NCBI RefSeq assembly: GCF_003231495.1
Contig: NZ_PQWO01000011.1
Coordinates: forward strand, 90,001-122,000
Source: Acaryochloris thomasi RCC1774
GTDB lineage: Bacteria; Cyanobacteriota; Cyanobacteriia; Thermosynechococcales; Thermosynechococcaceae
Direction: 5' to 3'
Length of the DNA stretch: 32,000 nt
Shown here: piece after piece, positions 1 through 7,601 of the stretch
Layout of the letters: the number at the start of each line of letters is the position of its first letter
Position numbering within the stretch: the first letter of the stretch is position 1
Program-made: the position numbers and the translations under genes
Notes under the pieces: model-generated
The model's database searches: none
Told to the model about the DNA's origin: nothing
Seen by the model: only the letters and a program-made list of their open reading frames with translations

Positions 1-1649
1 AGGAGAATCGTGAGGTGATGCCGCTCGATCAGATGTCGCCCCATCTGAAGATGGCGGTTTTAGCCATTGAAGACAGCAATTTCTACGAACACGGTGGAAT
101 CAATCCCGTTGGTATTTTGCGGGCCTCACTGACTAATTTTCAGGAAGGGCGAACGGTTCAGGGGGCGTCTACCCTGACGATGCAGCTCGTCAAAAATCTG
201 TTCTTATCTCCGGAAAGAGCCTTGACTCGCAAGCTGGCGGAGGCCGTCTTGGCAATGCGGATGGAGAAGCTCTTCCAGAAGGATGAAATTCTGGAGATGT
301 ACCTCAATCAGGTGTATTGGGGACACAATACCTATGGTGTAGAAACAGCAGCTCAAAGCTATTTCAATAAATCCTCGTCGGAGCTAACGCTGGCGGAGGC
401 CTCTATGATGGCGGGAATTATTCAAGCCCCAGCCGCCTATAGCCCATTTGTTGAGAAAGAGACGGCGAAAAAACGCCAAGATGTTGTTCTCAATCGTATG
501 GTAGAGCTGGGTTGGGTGAGTGCTGCAGAAGCCCAAGCTGCTCGCGATCAGCCTTTAAGCTTTGGACAGGTGACTTCCTTTCAGCAAAGTCGGTCTCCCT
601 ACGTGACCAATACCGTTATCAAAGAATTAAGGCGTCGATTTGGCCGTGAAGCCTTGGTTCGGGGCGGGATGAGAATTCAGACGACGGTTGATTTTGATAT
701 GCAGGAGGCGGCTGAAGAAGTCGTCCGCAATAGCCATCGTCGCGTTGCCTATGCTGCCGATCAGATGGCGCTGGTCGCGGTGGACCCTCGGACACATTTC
801 ATCAAGGCAGTCGTGGGGGGGGTTGACAGCAAGAAAAGTGAATTTAATCGGGCGACCCAAGCGATTCGGCAGCCGGGTTCTTCCTTTAAGCCTTTTGTTT
901 ACTACACGGCCTATGCATCAGGTAAGTACACGCCCTCTTCGGTAATTGATGATAAGCCTGTAAGGTATAACGACGGGACTGCCAAGGGATATAAGCCTCA
1001 AAACTACGACCGCACTTTTGGTGGCCCGATGTCCCTGCGTCAGGCACTGGCCCAATCTCGCAATATCCCGGCGGTTACGCTAGGGCAGAAAGTTGGGATT
1101 GAAAATGTGATTGATGTTTGTCGGGTGCTGGGGATTAAGAGCCCTATCCCTCCGGTGATCTCACTGCCTTTGGGGTCGGTGGATCTAACGCCGTTGGAGA
1201 TGGCGTCGGCCTATGCAACTTTTGCCAATAATGGTTGGCAATCAGAAACCACCGCGATTGTACAGGTGACCGATAGTAGTGGCCGTCTGCTGTTGGACAA
1301 CACGCCTGATCCTCAATTGGTCCTTGATCCTTGGGCTGCTGCTTCGCTTAACAGTACGCTGACGGGGGTTATTAACGGCGGTACCGGTAAGAATGCGTCG
1401 ATTGGACGGCAGGCTGCGGGTAAGACAGGGACCACTTCTTCTGAGAGAGATGTGTGGTTTGTCGGATATGTGCCTCAATTGTCGGCGGCAGTCTGGATCG
1501 GCAATGATGATTATTCTCAAATGGGGGGCAGCGCCACGGGCGGCGGCTTTGCTGCACCCGTCTGGCGACGATTTATGCTCAAGGCGCTGAAGGATTCACC
1601 GGCTGAGTACTTTACGTCTGCTTCTAAGTTTCAACGCCCTAAAAAGTAG
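1..1649 (+). CDS. Class A bifunctional penicillin-binding protein (PBP1A family), 5' end truncated by the window edge
   Basis: The frame stays open upstream of the listed ATG to base 3, so the gene begins outside the window. It has the GT51 glycosyltransferase signature (AVLAIEDSNFYEHGG). The transpeptidase motifs follow in canonical order: SxxK (GSSFKPF), SxN (QSRNIP) and KTG (GKTGTT). Confidence 0.92.
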   Translation, partial: ENREVMPLDQMSPHLKMAVLAIEDSNFYEHGGINPVGILRASLTNFQEGRTVQGASTLTMQLVKNLFLSPERALTRKLAEAVLAMRMEKLFQKDEILEMYLNQVYWGHNTYGVETAAQSYFNKSSSELTLAEASMMAGIIQAPAAYSPFVEKETAKKRQDVVLNRMVELGWVSAAEAQAARDQPLSFGQVTSFQQSRSPYVTNTVIKELRRRFGREALVRGGMRIQTTVDFDMQEAAEEVVRNSHRRVAYAADQMALVAVDPRTHFIKAVVGGVDSKKSEFNRATQAIRQPGSSFKPFVYYTAYASGKYTPSSVIDDKPVRYNDGTAKGYKPQNYDRTFGGPMSLRQALAQSRNIPAVTLGQKVGIENVIDVCRVLGIKSPIPPVISLPLGSVDLTPLEMASAYATFANNGWQSETTAIVQVTDSSGRLLLDNTPDPQLVLDPWAAASLNSTLTGVINGGTGKNASIGRQAAGKTGTTSSERDVWFVGYVPQLSAAVWIGNDDYSQMGGSATGGGFAAPVWRRFMLKALKDSPAEYFTSASKFQRPKK

Positions 1650-1708
1650 AGGCAGGTAAGTTTGTTCGTGATGCTTCTAGATTCTAGAGTGACCCTGACT
1701 TTCTGTAC

Positions 1709-2089
1709 GTGCACCGCGATAGAAGTAGACCTGTGGCCCAGTTGATTTTTGTTTATAACGCCGATTCTGGTGGCTTAAATACTCTGTTTGATATTGCTCA
1801 CAAGGTTGTCTCGCCAGAAACCTATAGCTGCAGTTTGTGCATGCTGACGCACGGAGTATTGAGTGAAAGAACGGCTTGGAAAACCTTTAGAGAGTCTAGT
1901 CCGGTGCCGTTAACGTTCTTGCATCGAGATGAATTTGAAGAACGTTACTCGCCTCTTAAGTCCTATCCGGTTATTTTGCTAGAGCAAAACCGACAGATGG
2001 AGACGGTGCTGACGGCGGATGCCCTTAATGAGCTGTCGACGATAGATCAGCTGATTGAAATCCTGCAGCAACAGATGCCAGTGACTTGA
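1709..2089 (+). CDS. Hypothetical small protein with a CxxC motif (thioredoxin-fold-like layout)
   Basis: 126-codon ORF starting at GTG 1709. An in-frame GTG at 1733 would give MAQLIFVYNADSG. A strand-like LIFVYNADSG is followed by YSCSLCMLTHG (CxxC). I cannot name a family with confidence. The coding call rests on ORF length and protein-like composition. Confidence 0.6.
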   Translation: MHRDRSRPVAQLIFVYNADSGGLNTLFDIAHKVVSPETYSCSLCMLTHGVLSERTAWKTFRESSPVPLTFLHRDEFEERYSPLKSYPVILLEQNRQMETVLTADALNELSTIDQLIEILQQQMPVT

Positions 2090-2111
2090 TATGGCAACCA
2101 AAATTTGCAGG

Positions 2112-2642
2112 CTATGCAGGGGCGGCAAAAAAGGATAGAAGATCTTGCTTTTGAGGGTGCCGCTCTAGCCAATTCTTGATCCGTTCAGCTTCTGAGTAAT
2201 CCGTGGAACTGAATTTGCTGGCGTAGACTTGCCGGACGGTGCTGCGAAGACTGTACTGTCGTGCTTTTTGCTGCCAAGCTGCGGAAGACATTTGATGAAC
2301 TTGTGTATGCAGATCTTTGCTTTTTAAGTTGTCCCATTCGTGCTGGTCAAACCAAACGCCATGACAGCAGGGACACTGATCTAGATAAAAATTGAGGTCG
2401 TGGCCGACATTTGTTTTGCGCATAAGCTGGCTGCAGTGGGGACAAAAAACAGCGTGGGTGCTGTCTTCTACGGCTACTGCTGCCGTTGCAGCTGCTGCCT
2501 GGGGGCCGTTCTCTAGCCAGGCATGATAGTCATCTGCGGCAACCCAGTGACCGTCGCAGCTTGAGCATTGCGAAGCGGATAAGTGAGCTTCTAAGTTTGT
2601 CGATTCGAGGGTGACGCTTTGGCAGGCAGGACAGTTTTTCAT
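2112..2642 (-). CDS. Double zinc-ribbon protein (zf-TFIIB-like 'transcription factor zinc-finger' repeats)
   Basis: Two tandem Cys4 ribbons: CPAC...CSSCDGHWV and CPHC...CPCCHGVWFDQHEWDNL. I place the start at ATG 2642 (MKNCPAC...), which is typical for this family. The ORF stays open to ATG 2759, and the extra 39 aa look non-conserved. Confidence 0.65.
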   Translation of the reverse strand: MKNCPACQSVTLESTNLEAHLSASQCSSCDGHWVAADDYHAWLENGPQAAAATAAVAVEDSTHAVFCPHCSQLMRKTNVGHDLNFYLDQCPCCHGVWFDQHEWDNLKSKDLHTQVHQMSSAAWQQKARQYSLRSTVRQVYASKFSSTDYSEAERIKNWLERHPQKQDLLSFFAAPA

Positions 2643-2818
2643 GCTGAGAGGATGAGTGTGAGATAGCGGCTTTGATCTATGATTCCCTGAAAGAATATTC
2701 GATGTGACACGGAATCTGATTTTTTTCGCATCGATGGGTCGCGTTGAGAAAAGTGGCATCGTTTATAATGACCTGACGCCCAACAACGGTTTGGGGTCGC
2801 TGAGATGATGGCTGACGT

Positions 2819-3208
2819 ATGCTGACACAGTTCTTCCCTTTTCAATTTGAGGTTGATCCGGTTGCGATCGCAACCACTAGTCTTTGGGCTGCAGCGCTCT
2901 ACGTTGGTTTTTCACCCGTCAGCGACTGGATTTCGGTGCAGATCAGTCGTTGGTTTAACTTTGCCGAGCGCTTTTTATATTTATCTGTCGAAGAATACGA
3001 ACAAACCCGCAAAGGTCGAGAGTCGCAGAACGACTTCTGGGCCTCAATTTTCAGTATTTTCCCATTCTTGATTCTGGGCATTTTTTGTAATTATGCCTGT
3101 ATTAAGGGCTTCGGCAGCCAAAGCTGGAGCATTAGTTTGGGCCTGATTGCCCTGATGGGCTGTGGCGTCTACGATCTGGGCCGCCGCGATGGAGAAATTC
3201 GCAAGTAG
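2819..3208 (+). CDS. Hypothetical integral membrane protein
   Basis: 129-aa ORF with about three hydrophobic segments (VAIATTSLWAAALYVGF, FWASIFSIFPFLILGIFCNYA, WSISLGLIALMGCGVY). No recognisable catalytic motif. Confidence 0.55.
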   Translation: MLTQFFPFQFEVDPVAIATTSLWAAALYVGFSPVSDWISVQISRWFNFAERFLYLSVEEYEQTRKGRESQNDFWASIFSIFPFLILGIFCNYACIKGFGSQSWSISLGLIALMGCGVYDLGRRDGEIRK

Positions 3209-3246
3209 CTGATAAGATCCGTCTGGCTGAAACTAGGGGGGCAAGC

Positions 3247-3822
3247 ATGTTAGACGCACAGCGCAGTGAGCTAGAACGCTTTAACTTCGAGATTGTTAAA
3301 GATGAGCCAGAGACGCTGATCGCCCTGCGCCAGAAATGGTACCCTGACTGCCTGCTCACCAAAATGACCTACGTGGTGTTCGTGCGGAAAGTCCAACACC
3401 TTTCAGTGGACATGATGGAAGCAGACCGTGAGCAGCTACAGGCCAACGCCAAGCAGCTCAATCCGTCACTGCTGCCGCGAGGTTTTCAGGCTGGAGTGGC
3501 TGTGATCACCATTTACATTGCCGAACGCGTTGATTTTGAAGCGCAGTCACTCTGTAAGCGAAAGCCGAAGATTCGCTTTGCTTGGTTCTATCTCCCGGCA
3601 GCTCTCGAACAGTCTTCGAGCAAGGTCTTTTACCTGAAGGAAACGCCAATCTGGGGATTTCTGTACTATGGCAAATTTCGTTACTTGATTCGTCGGTTGC
3701 TGCAGCCCACCGATGCCCCGGTGCAAGAACCTAAATCTGTTGTCGGTGTAGTGTTTGGCCTTGTGCTTGTAGGATATCTGCTCCTTTTAGCGGTATTAGT
3801 TTTAGCTCTGTCTTTGACCTAG
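3247..3822 (+). CDS. Hypothetical protein with a C-terminal transmembrane anchor
   Basis: 191-aa ORF with protein-like composition and a C-terminal hydrophobic helix (VVGVVFGLVLVGYLLLLAVLVLALSL). No family recognised. Confidence 0.6.
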   Translation: MLDAQRSELERFNFEIVKDEPETLIALRQKWYPDCLLTKMTYVVFVRKVQHLSVDMMEADREQLQANAKQLNPSLLPRGFQAGVAVITIYIAERVDFEAQSLCKRKPKIRFAWFYLPAALEQSSSKVFYLKETPIWGFLYYGKFRYLIRRLLQPTDAPVQEPKSVVGVVFGLVLVGYLLLLAVLVLALSLT

Positions 3823-5154
3823 AGCGGTTCCATTTCTCGGCTTAGTATCAAGCGCTAGCGCCTCTTGAACTAGGGTTGCAACCTTACTCGCAGCCCCTGT
3901 CTGTCCCCGAACTTGCTGCAGGTCATGGCGCATTTGCGGTAGCGCGGTGGGTGAAAGTAAGAGATCGGCAATTTGCTGAGCGACTTCAGAAGGATGCAGA
4001 TGGCCCACTAGCTCTGGCACAATTTCTCGGTCGGCCCAAATGTTCGGCCATGCTCGCAGTCCCAATCCTCGCTTAAGAATCCATCCGTTAATCAGCTTGG
4101 CAAAGGCGGTTCCCACACCGGGCAGGTTTGCTAATAGCCCCGGCACGCCGTCCCAGGCTCTCATTACCTCTAGCTTTTGGGTAGGGAGCAGCACGACCAT
4201 CGGCACGGCTAATGAGGCTAGCTCGGCTGTGTTGGCCCCTACGGTGGTTACGCAAAGCTGACACAGAGACAGTAAATCGTAGGCAGGAGAAGCTGTCCAC
4301 AGGGCAATGCGGGTGCCACCGGAGCTTAGTAAATAGGGGAGGCTTGTTTCGGACTCTATCAGTTGGGCAGCCTTGCCCTCCACGTCTGTCAGCACGGCGT
4401 TGCGCTGAGGGTCTGCATACTGAGCGAGATCTTGCAGGTCAAGGGTCGGCGCGACTGGAATCACAAACTGGGTCTGGGGAAGCTGGTGCTGCAGTGCTTC
4501 TGCGATCGCAACGCAAAACGGGACTCCCAGCGTTAGCTTGGCGGGCTTAGATCCGGGAAGCAAACCAATGAGCAGACTTTCCGATGGAAATCCTAGAGCG
4601 TGATGAATCTTCTCTTGATCCGTGTCGATACTTTGCGCTTCTGCAATCAGGTCTCCGACAACGCGGCATTTGTGCTGATGCTGAGCAGGGATTTTGATCT
4701 GCTCACTGACGACACCACAGCGATCGATCCAGGGGAGCCAACGGGCGGACCATTCGGCATAGGTGACAATTCGGTAGCCCAGCCGTTTACCGATCATCAC
4801 TGAGAAAAACTGATCGCCGCCGAGGAACAGCACCACACCATTTGATCGCCAGTCCCAGGATTCAGCGGTTTTCCCGCGCAGTAGAAAGGGCCAAAAATGC
4901 TCCGGGCCTTGGACGCGATCGATTTCAGGGAAGGTGGATGCGATCGCAACTTCCCCGCCACTGGCATGAACGCAGGGGGCCAGCACAATCGACAGCCGCA
5001 CCTGTGCAGAATCAGAGCCGAGCCGATCGCGTAGGGCCTTTACAACAGGACGCACCCAGGTCATTAACTCGCCTGGACCATTCGTGAGAATAACAATGTC
5101 AATGGGGGCGACTTCAGCACTCATCCTGTTGCCCAAATCACAAAATAAAGTCAT
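3802..5154 (-). CDS. Lipid-A-disaccharide synthase-related (LpxB-like, GT-B fold) protein
   Basis: Segments align by eye to E. coli LpxB: LLIGLLPGSKPAKL vs LALLPGSRGAEV, VTTVGANTAELASLAVPMVV vs LASGTAALECMLAKCPMVV, and WPNIWADREIVPELVG vs LPNLLAGRELVKELL. The N-terminal IVILTNGPGEL is typical of the cyanobacterial LpxB-related family. ATG 5124 (MSAEVAPIDIV...) is an alternative start. Confidence 0.78.
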   Translation of the reverse strand: MTLFCDLGNRMSAEVAPIDIVILTNGPGELMTWVRPVVKALRDRLGSDSAQVRLSIVLAPCVHASGGEVAIASTFPEIDRVQGPEHFWPFLLRGKTAESWDWRSNGVVLFLGGDQFFSVMIGKRLGYRIVTYAEWSARWLPWIDRCGVVSEQIKIPAQHQHKCRVVGDLIAEAQSIDTDQEKIHHALGFPSESLLIGLLPGSKPAKLTLGVPFCVAIAEALQHQLPQTQFVIPVAPTLDLQDLAQYADPQRNAVLTDVEGKAAQLIESETSLPYLLSSGGTRIALWTASPAYDLLSLCQLCVTTVGANTAELASLAVPMVVLLPTQKLEVMRAWDGVPGLLANLPGVGTAFAKLINGWILKRGLGLRAWPNIWADREIVPELVGHLHPSEVAQQIADLLLSPTALPQMRHDLQQVRGQTGAASKVATLVQEALALDTKPRNGTALGQRQS

Positions 5155-5186
5155 TATTAAATAATGTAACAGTCCTCCCTGCTCCT

Positions 5187-5720
5187 ATGGCCCGCCTTCC
5201 CACACTGACAACGCTACTCGTTGATGGGTACAACATTATTGGTGCTTGGCCAAAATTGCAGAAAATGCGCGAACGCAACAATCTAGAAGCTGCCAGGGAC
5301 CGACTTTCAGAAGCTTTAAGCAATTACAGCGCCTTTCGCGGGTACCAAACCCATCTGATTTTTGATGCCCAGTTCCGAGCCGGACAGGGCAGTACCGAAA
5401 TGATCACAAATCTGCTGCATGTTTTTTACACCGAGAGCGGACGGACGGCGGATACTCATATCGAGCTGTATTGCGCCCAAGCTCGACGAGGAGCAGAACG
5501 GATTAGAGTGGCGACCTCAGACAGCGCCCAAAAGCTAACGGTGATGGGCTACGGTGCAGAGTGGATGTCGGCGCAGCAGCTTGTGGCTGATCTTGAGGCC
5601 ACTACCCGATCGATCCAGGCGAGCCAACGTAACGCAAAACAACAGCCGGGGCGTTTACTAGCGCATGGGTTAGACCCGGAGGCAAAGCAGCGATTAGAGC
5701 AGCTTCGATTCGGTCGTTAG
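5187..5720 (+). CDS. NYN-domain ribonuclease, YacP/Rae1-like
   Basis: The N-terminal LLVDGYNIIGAWPKL motif and the downstream IFDA and TSDS acidic motifs are typical of the YacP-like NYN family. Length is 177 aa. Confidence 0.8.
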   Translation: MARLPTLTTLLVDGYNIIGAWPKLQKMRERNNLEAARDRLSEALSNYSAFRGYQTHLIFDAQFRAGQGSTEMITNLLHVFYTESGRTADTHIELYCAQARRGAERIRVATSDSAQKLTVMGYGAEWMSAQQLVADLEATTRSIQASQRNAKQQPGRLLAHGLDPEAKQRLEQLRFGR

Positions 5721-7390
5721 TTTCCTACCTGCTCAGGACGTGGTGTTGTCGGGGGGGCCGGAGAGGGGGCTGCTGGAGAAGGCCTTCCTAACTTAGGAGC
5801 AGGGACCGGAATCTCAACTGGCAATTGCGGAAAAGTAGGAGAAATGGTTGGCGTTGGTCCAGAGATTCCGTCTGTAGGGTCGTCTGGATTCTCTGGATTG
5901 GTTGAGTCTTCTAGTGACTCGCTGGGAGTCGGTTCTGGTGTTGGCTCGGGTGAAGGCTCTGGGGCGACAGAGGGTGTTGGTTTGGGTCGCGCCTGAATTC
6001 TTTCTATTTCAGCGATGCCCTGACGTGCCTGACGCGCAAGGCGGCTGCTCTGCTGGTCCCAGTGCGGGTTCTGCGGCAGCTTTGAGAGCTGCGTCCTCAC
6101 CTGATACCAGCGGCGAGACCGGGCAGCAGCTTCTGCCTGTTGAAAGTCTGCCTGCTGCTGCTGCCACTGATCCTGCCACTGGGGCAGCAGCGCCTGGGCT
6201 TGATTATAGGCAGCGCTGTCGGTGGGAATCTGCTGTAGTTGATCAATCGCGGCACCCAAATCGCCAGAGGTATCAGCGGTGGTTTGGGCTGCCGCAAGGA
6301 GGGCGGGACCGTCATCGGTGGCCGTGAGTGATTCAAAGAAAGGCAGCTCTGTGATGAGTTCGGGGTTGAAAATCACGGCTCCGGCTCCCAGCATGACACC
6401 GACTAGGGCAAAAGTTGCGATCGCACCTCCCACCGGAAATGATTGGCTAGGTCTCGGCGCGATCACCTCCCGCCGTGGAATTACAACCTCCGTTCTATCG
6501 ATGGGTGTATAGGAAACAGGTGGCCGCTCAGGCCGTCGGCTTTGTGTTCTTTGAACAGAAGTTGCTCCAACCGTCTGTGCCCCCTTCAGCGCCTGCAGTA
6601 CCTCTTCCGCGCTTTGGTAGCGCACCTTGAAGTAATAACGCACCATCTTCGTCAAAATAGTGGCCAGTTGGGGGCCAACATTGGCCTGACTTTGCCATAT
6701 CAGCTCACCAAATTCATCCTCCTGAAACTTAGAGGGATGGGTACCCGTCAATGCCTGAATCGCAACGATTCCGAGCGCATAGATATCACTGCTGGGTCGC
6801 GGTTTCCCTTGTCCCTGCTCCCCTGACATATAGCCAGGTGTACCCACAATCACGGTCCCCGTCATCTGATCGTTTTGCAGCAGGGTTTGGCTGCTGACCT
6901 GCTTTACAGAACCAAAGTCCACCAGAATATATTTGTCATCTGACTGACGACGAATAATGTTCTCCGGCTTGATGTCGCGGTGGATGACGCCCTGCTGATG
7001 AATAAACGCCAACGTCTGTAGCAGTTCTTGCAAGAGAACTCTGACCTGCGCTTCCGGCCAAGGCTGTCCGGCTATTAGGGCCTGATCTAGAGAAGCACCG
7101 GGGACAAACTCTTGGATCAAATAGAATTCCTGCTCCTGCTCAAAGAAGGCCAGTAAACGAGGAATCTGATCGTAGTGACCTAGTTTTTCTAGGGCCTCAG
7201 CTTCACTGTGAAAGAGGCGTCGAGCCACGGTCAAAAAGTTGGGGTCGGTCCTCGCGGGCTGTAGATGTTTGGCCACGCAGATTGGACGGCCTGGACGGCG
7301 CGTATCTTCTGCGAGAAAAGTTTTGCTAAATCCACCTTCCCCCAGGTTGCGAACCACTTGATAGCGTCCATCTAAAATTTGACCAATCAT
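5717..7390 (-). CDS. Membrane-anchored Ser/Thr protein kinase (Hanks type) with Pro-rich C-terminal tail
   Basis: Kinase motifs: Gly-rich loop LGEGGFSKTF, VAKH lysine, catalytic loop HRDIKPENI, DFG, and the GTPGYMSGE activation segment. A single TM helix (GGAIATFALVGVMLGAGAVIF) is followed by a Q/W-rich region and a 90-aa tail with 29 Pro (PEPSPEPTPEPTP). Confidence 0.92.
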   Translation of the reverse strand: MIGQILDGRYQVVRNLGEGGFSKTFLAEDTRRPGRPICVAKHLQPARTDPNFLTVARRLFHSEAEALEKLGHYDQIPRLLAFFEQEQEFYLIQEFVPGASLDQALIAGQPWPEAQVRVLLQELLQTLAFIHQQGVIHRDIKPENIIRRQSDDKYILVDFGSVKQVSSQTLLQNDQMTGTVIVGTPGYMSGEQGQGKPRPSSDIYALGIVAIQALTGTHPSKFQEDEFGELIWQSQANVGPQLATILTKMVRYYFKVRYQSAEEVLQALKGAQTVGATSVQRTQSRRPERPPVSYTPIDRTEVVIPRREVIAPRPSQSFPVGGAIATFALVGVMLGAGAVIFNPELITELPFFESLTATDDGPALLAAAQTTADTSGDLGAAIDQLQQIPTDSAAYNQAQALLPQWQDQWQQQQADFQQAEAAARSRRWYQVRTQLSKLPQNPHWDQQSSRLARQARQGIAEIERIQARPKPTPSVAPEPSPEPTPEPTPSESLEDSTNPENPDDPTDGISGPTPTISPTFPQLPVEIPVPAPKLGRPSPAAPSPAPPTTPRPEQVGN

Positions 7391-7401
7391 GGTGTTCCCT
7401 G

Positions 7402-7435
7402 GTTTCTCCTCGACATTGCCCCGTTTCTCCTTGAC
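7402..7435. repeat. Two 13-nt direct repeats (gtttctcctYgac) with 21-bp phasing in the kinase/kinase divergent intergenic region
   Basis: gtttctcctcgac (7402-7414) and gtttctccttgac (7423-7435) match at 12 of 13 positions. On the minus strand each copy reads gtcRaggagaaac, so each contains an SD-like AGGAGA. Confidence 0.5.
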
Positions 7436-7601
7436 TCCTGTACGGGTTCACAAGTTGCGCTCAGCATTAAAGAGTGATGGCCTCAACTAAGCATCATCCA
7501 CTTTGTAAGGGTTTTGAGACTCTAACATTTCGTCCACGAACATAGCCTATTTATGAAACGAGCTGCTGTATTGCGGGGCAGCAAAGAAGAAAAGGTATAC
7601 C

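Noticed and set aside
1674-1688. Tandem ttctaga ttctaga (two XbaI-type palindromes) just after the PBP1A stop.
   Set aside because: It is very short with no stable stem-loop or T-tract. It is most simply a chance duplication and is not supportable as a terminator.
5902-6327. Long ORFs antisense or out of frame inside confident genes, for example 5902-6327 (+), 4212-4550 (+), 9074-9424 (+), 14529-15032 (+), 10914-11222 (-) and 22251-22595 (-).
   Set aside because: Their products are Arg/Pro/Ser/Ala-rich with no motifs. They lie fully within genes that have strong family signatures on the other strand or frame. This is typical of shadow ORFs in moderately GC-rich coding DNA.
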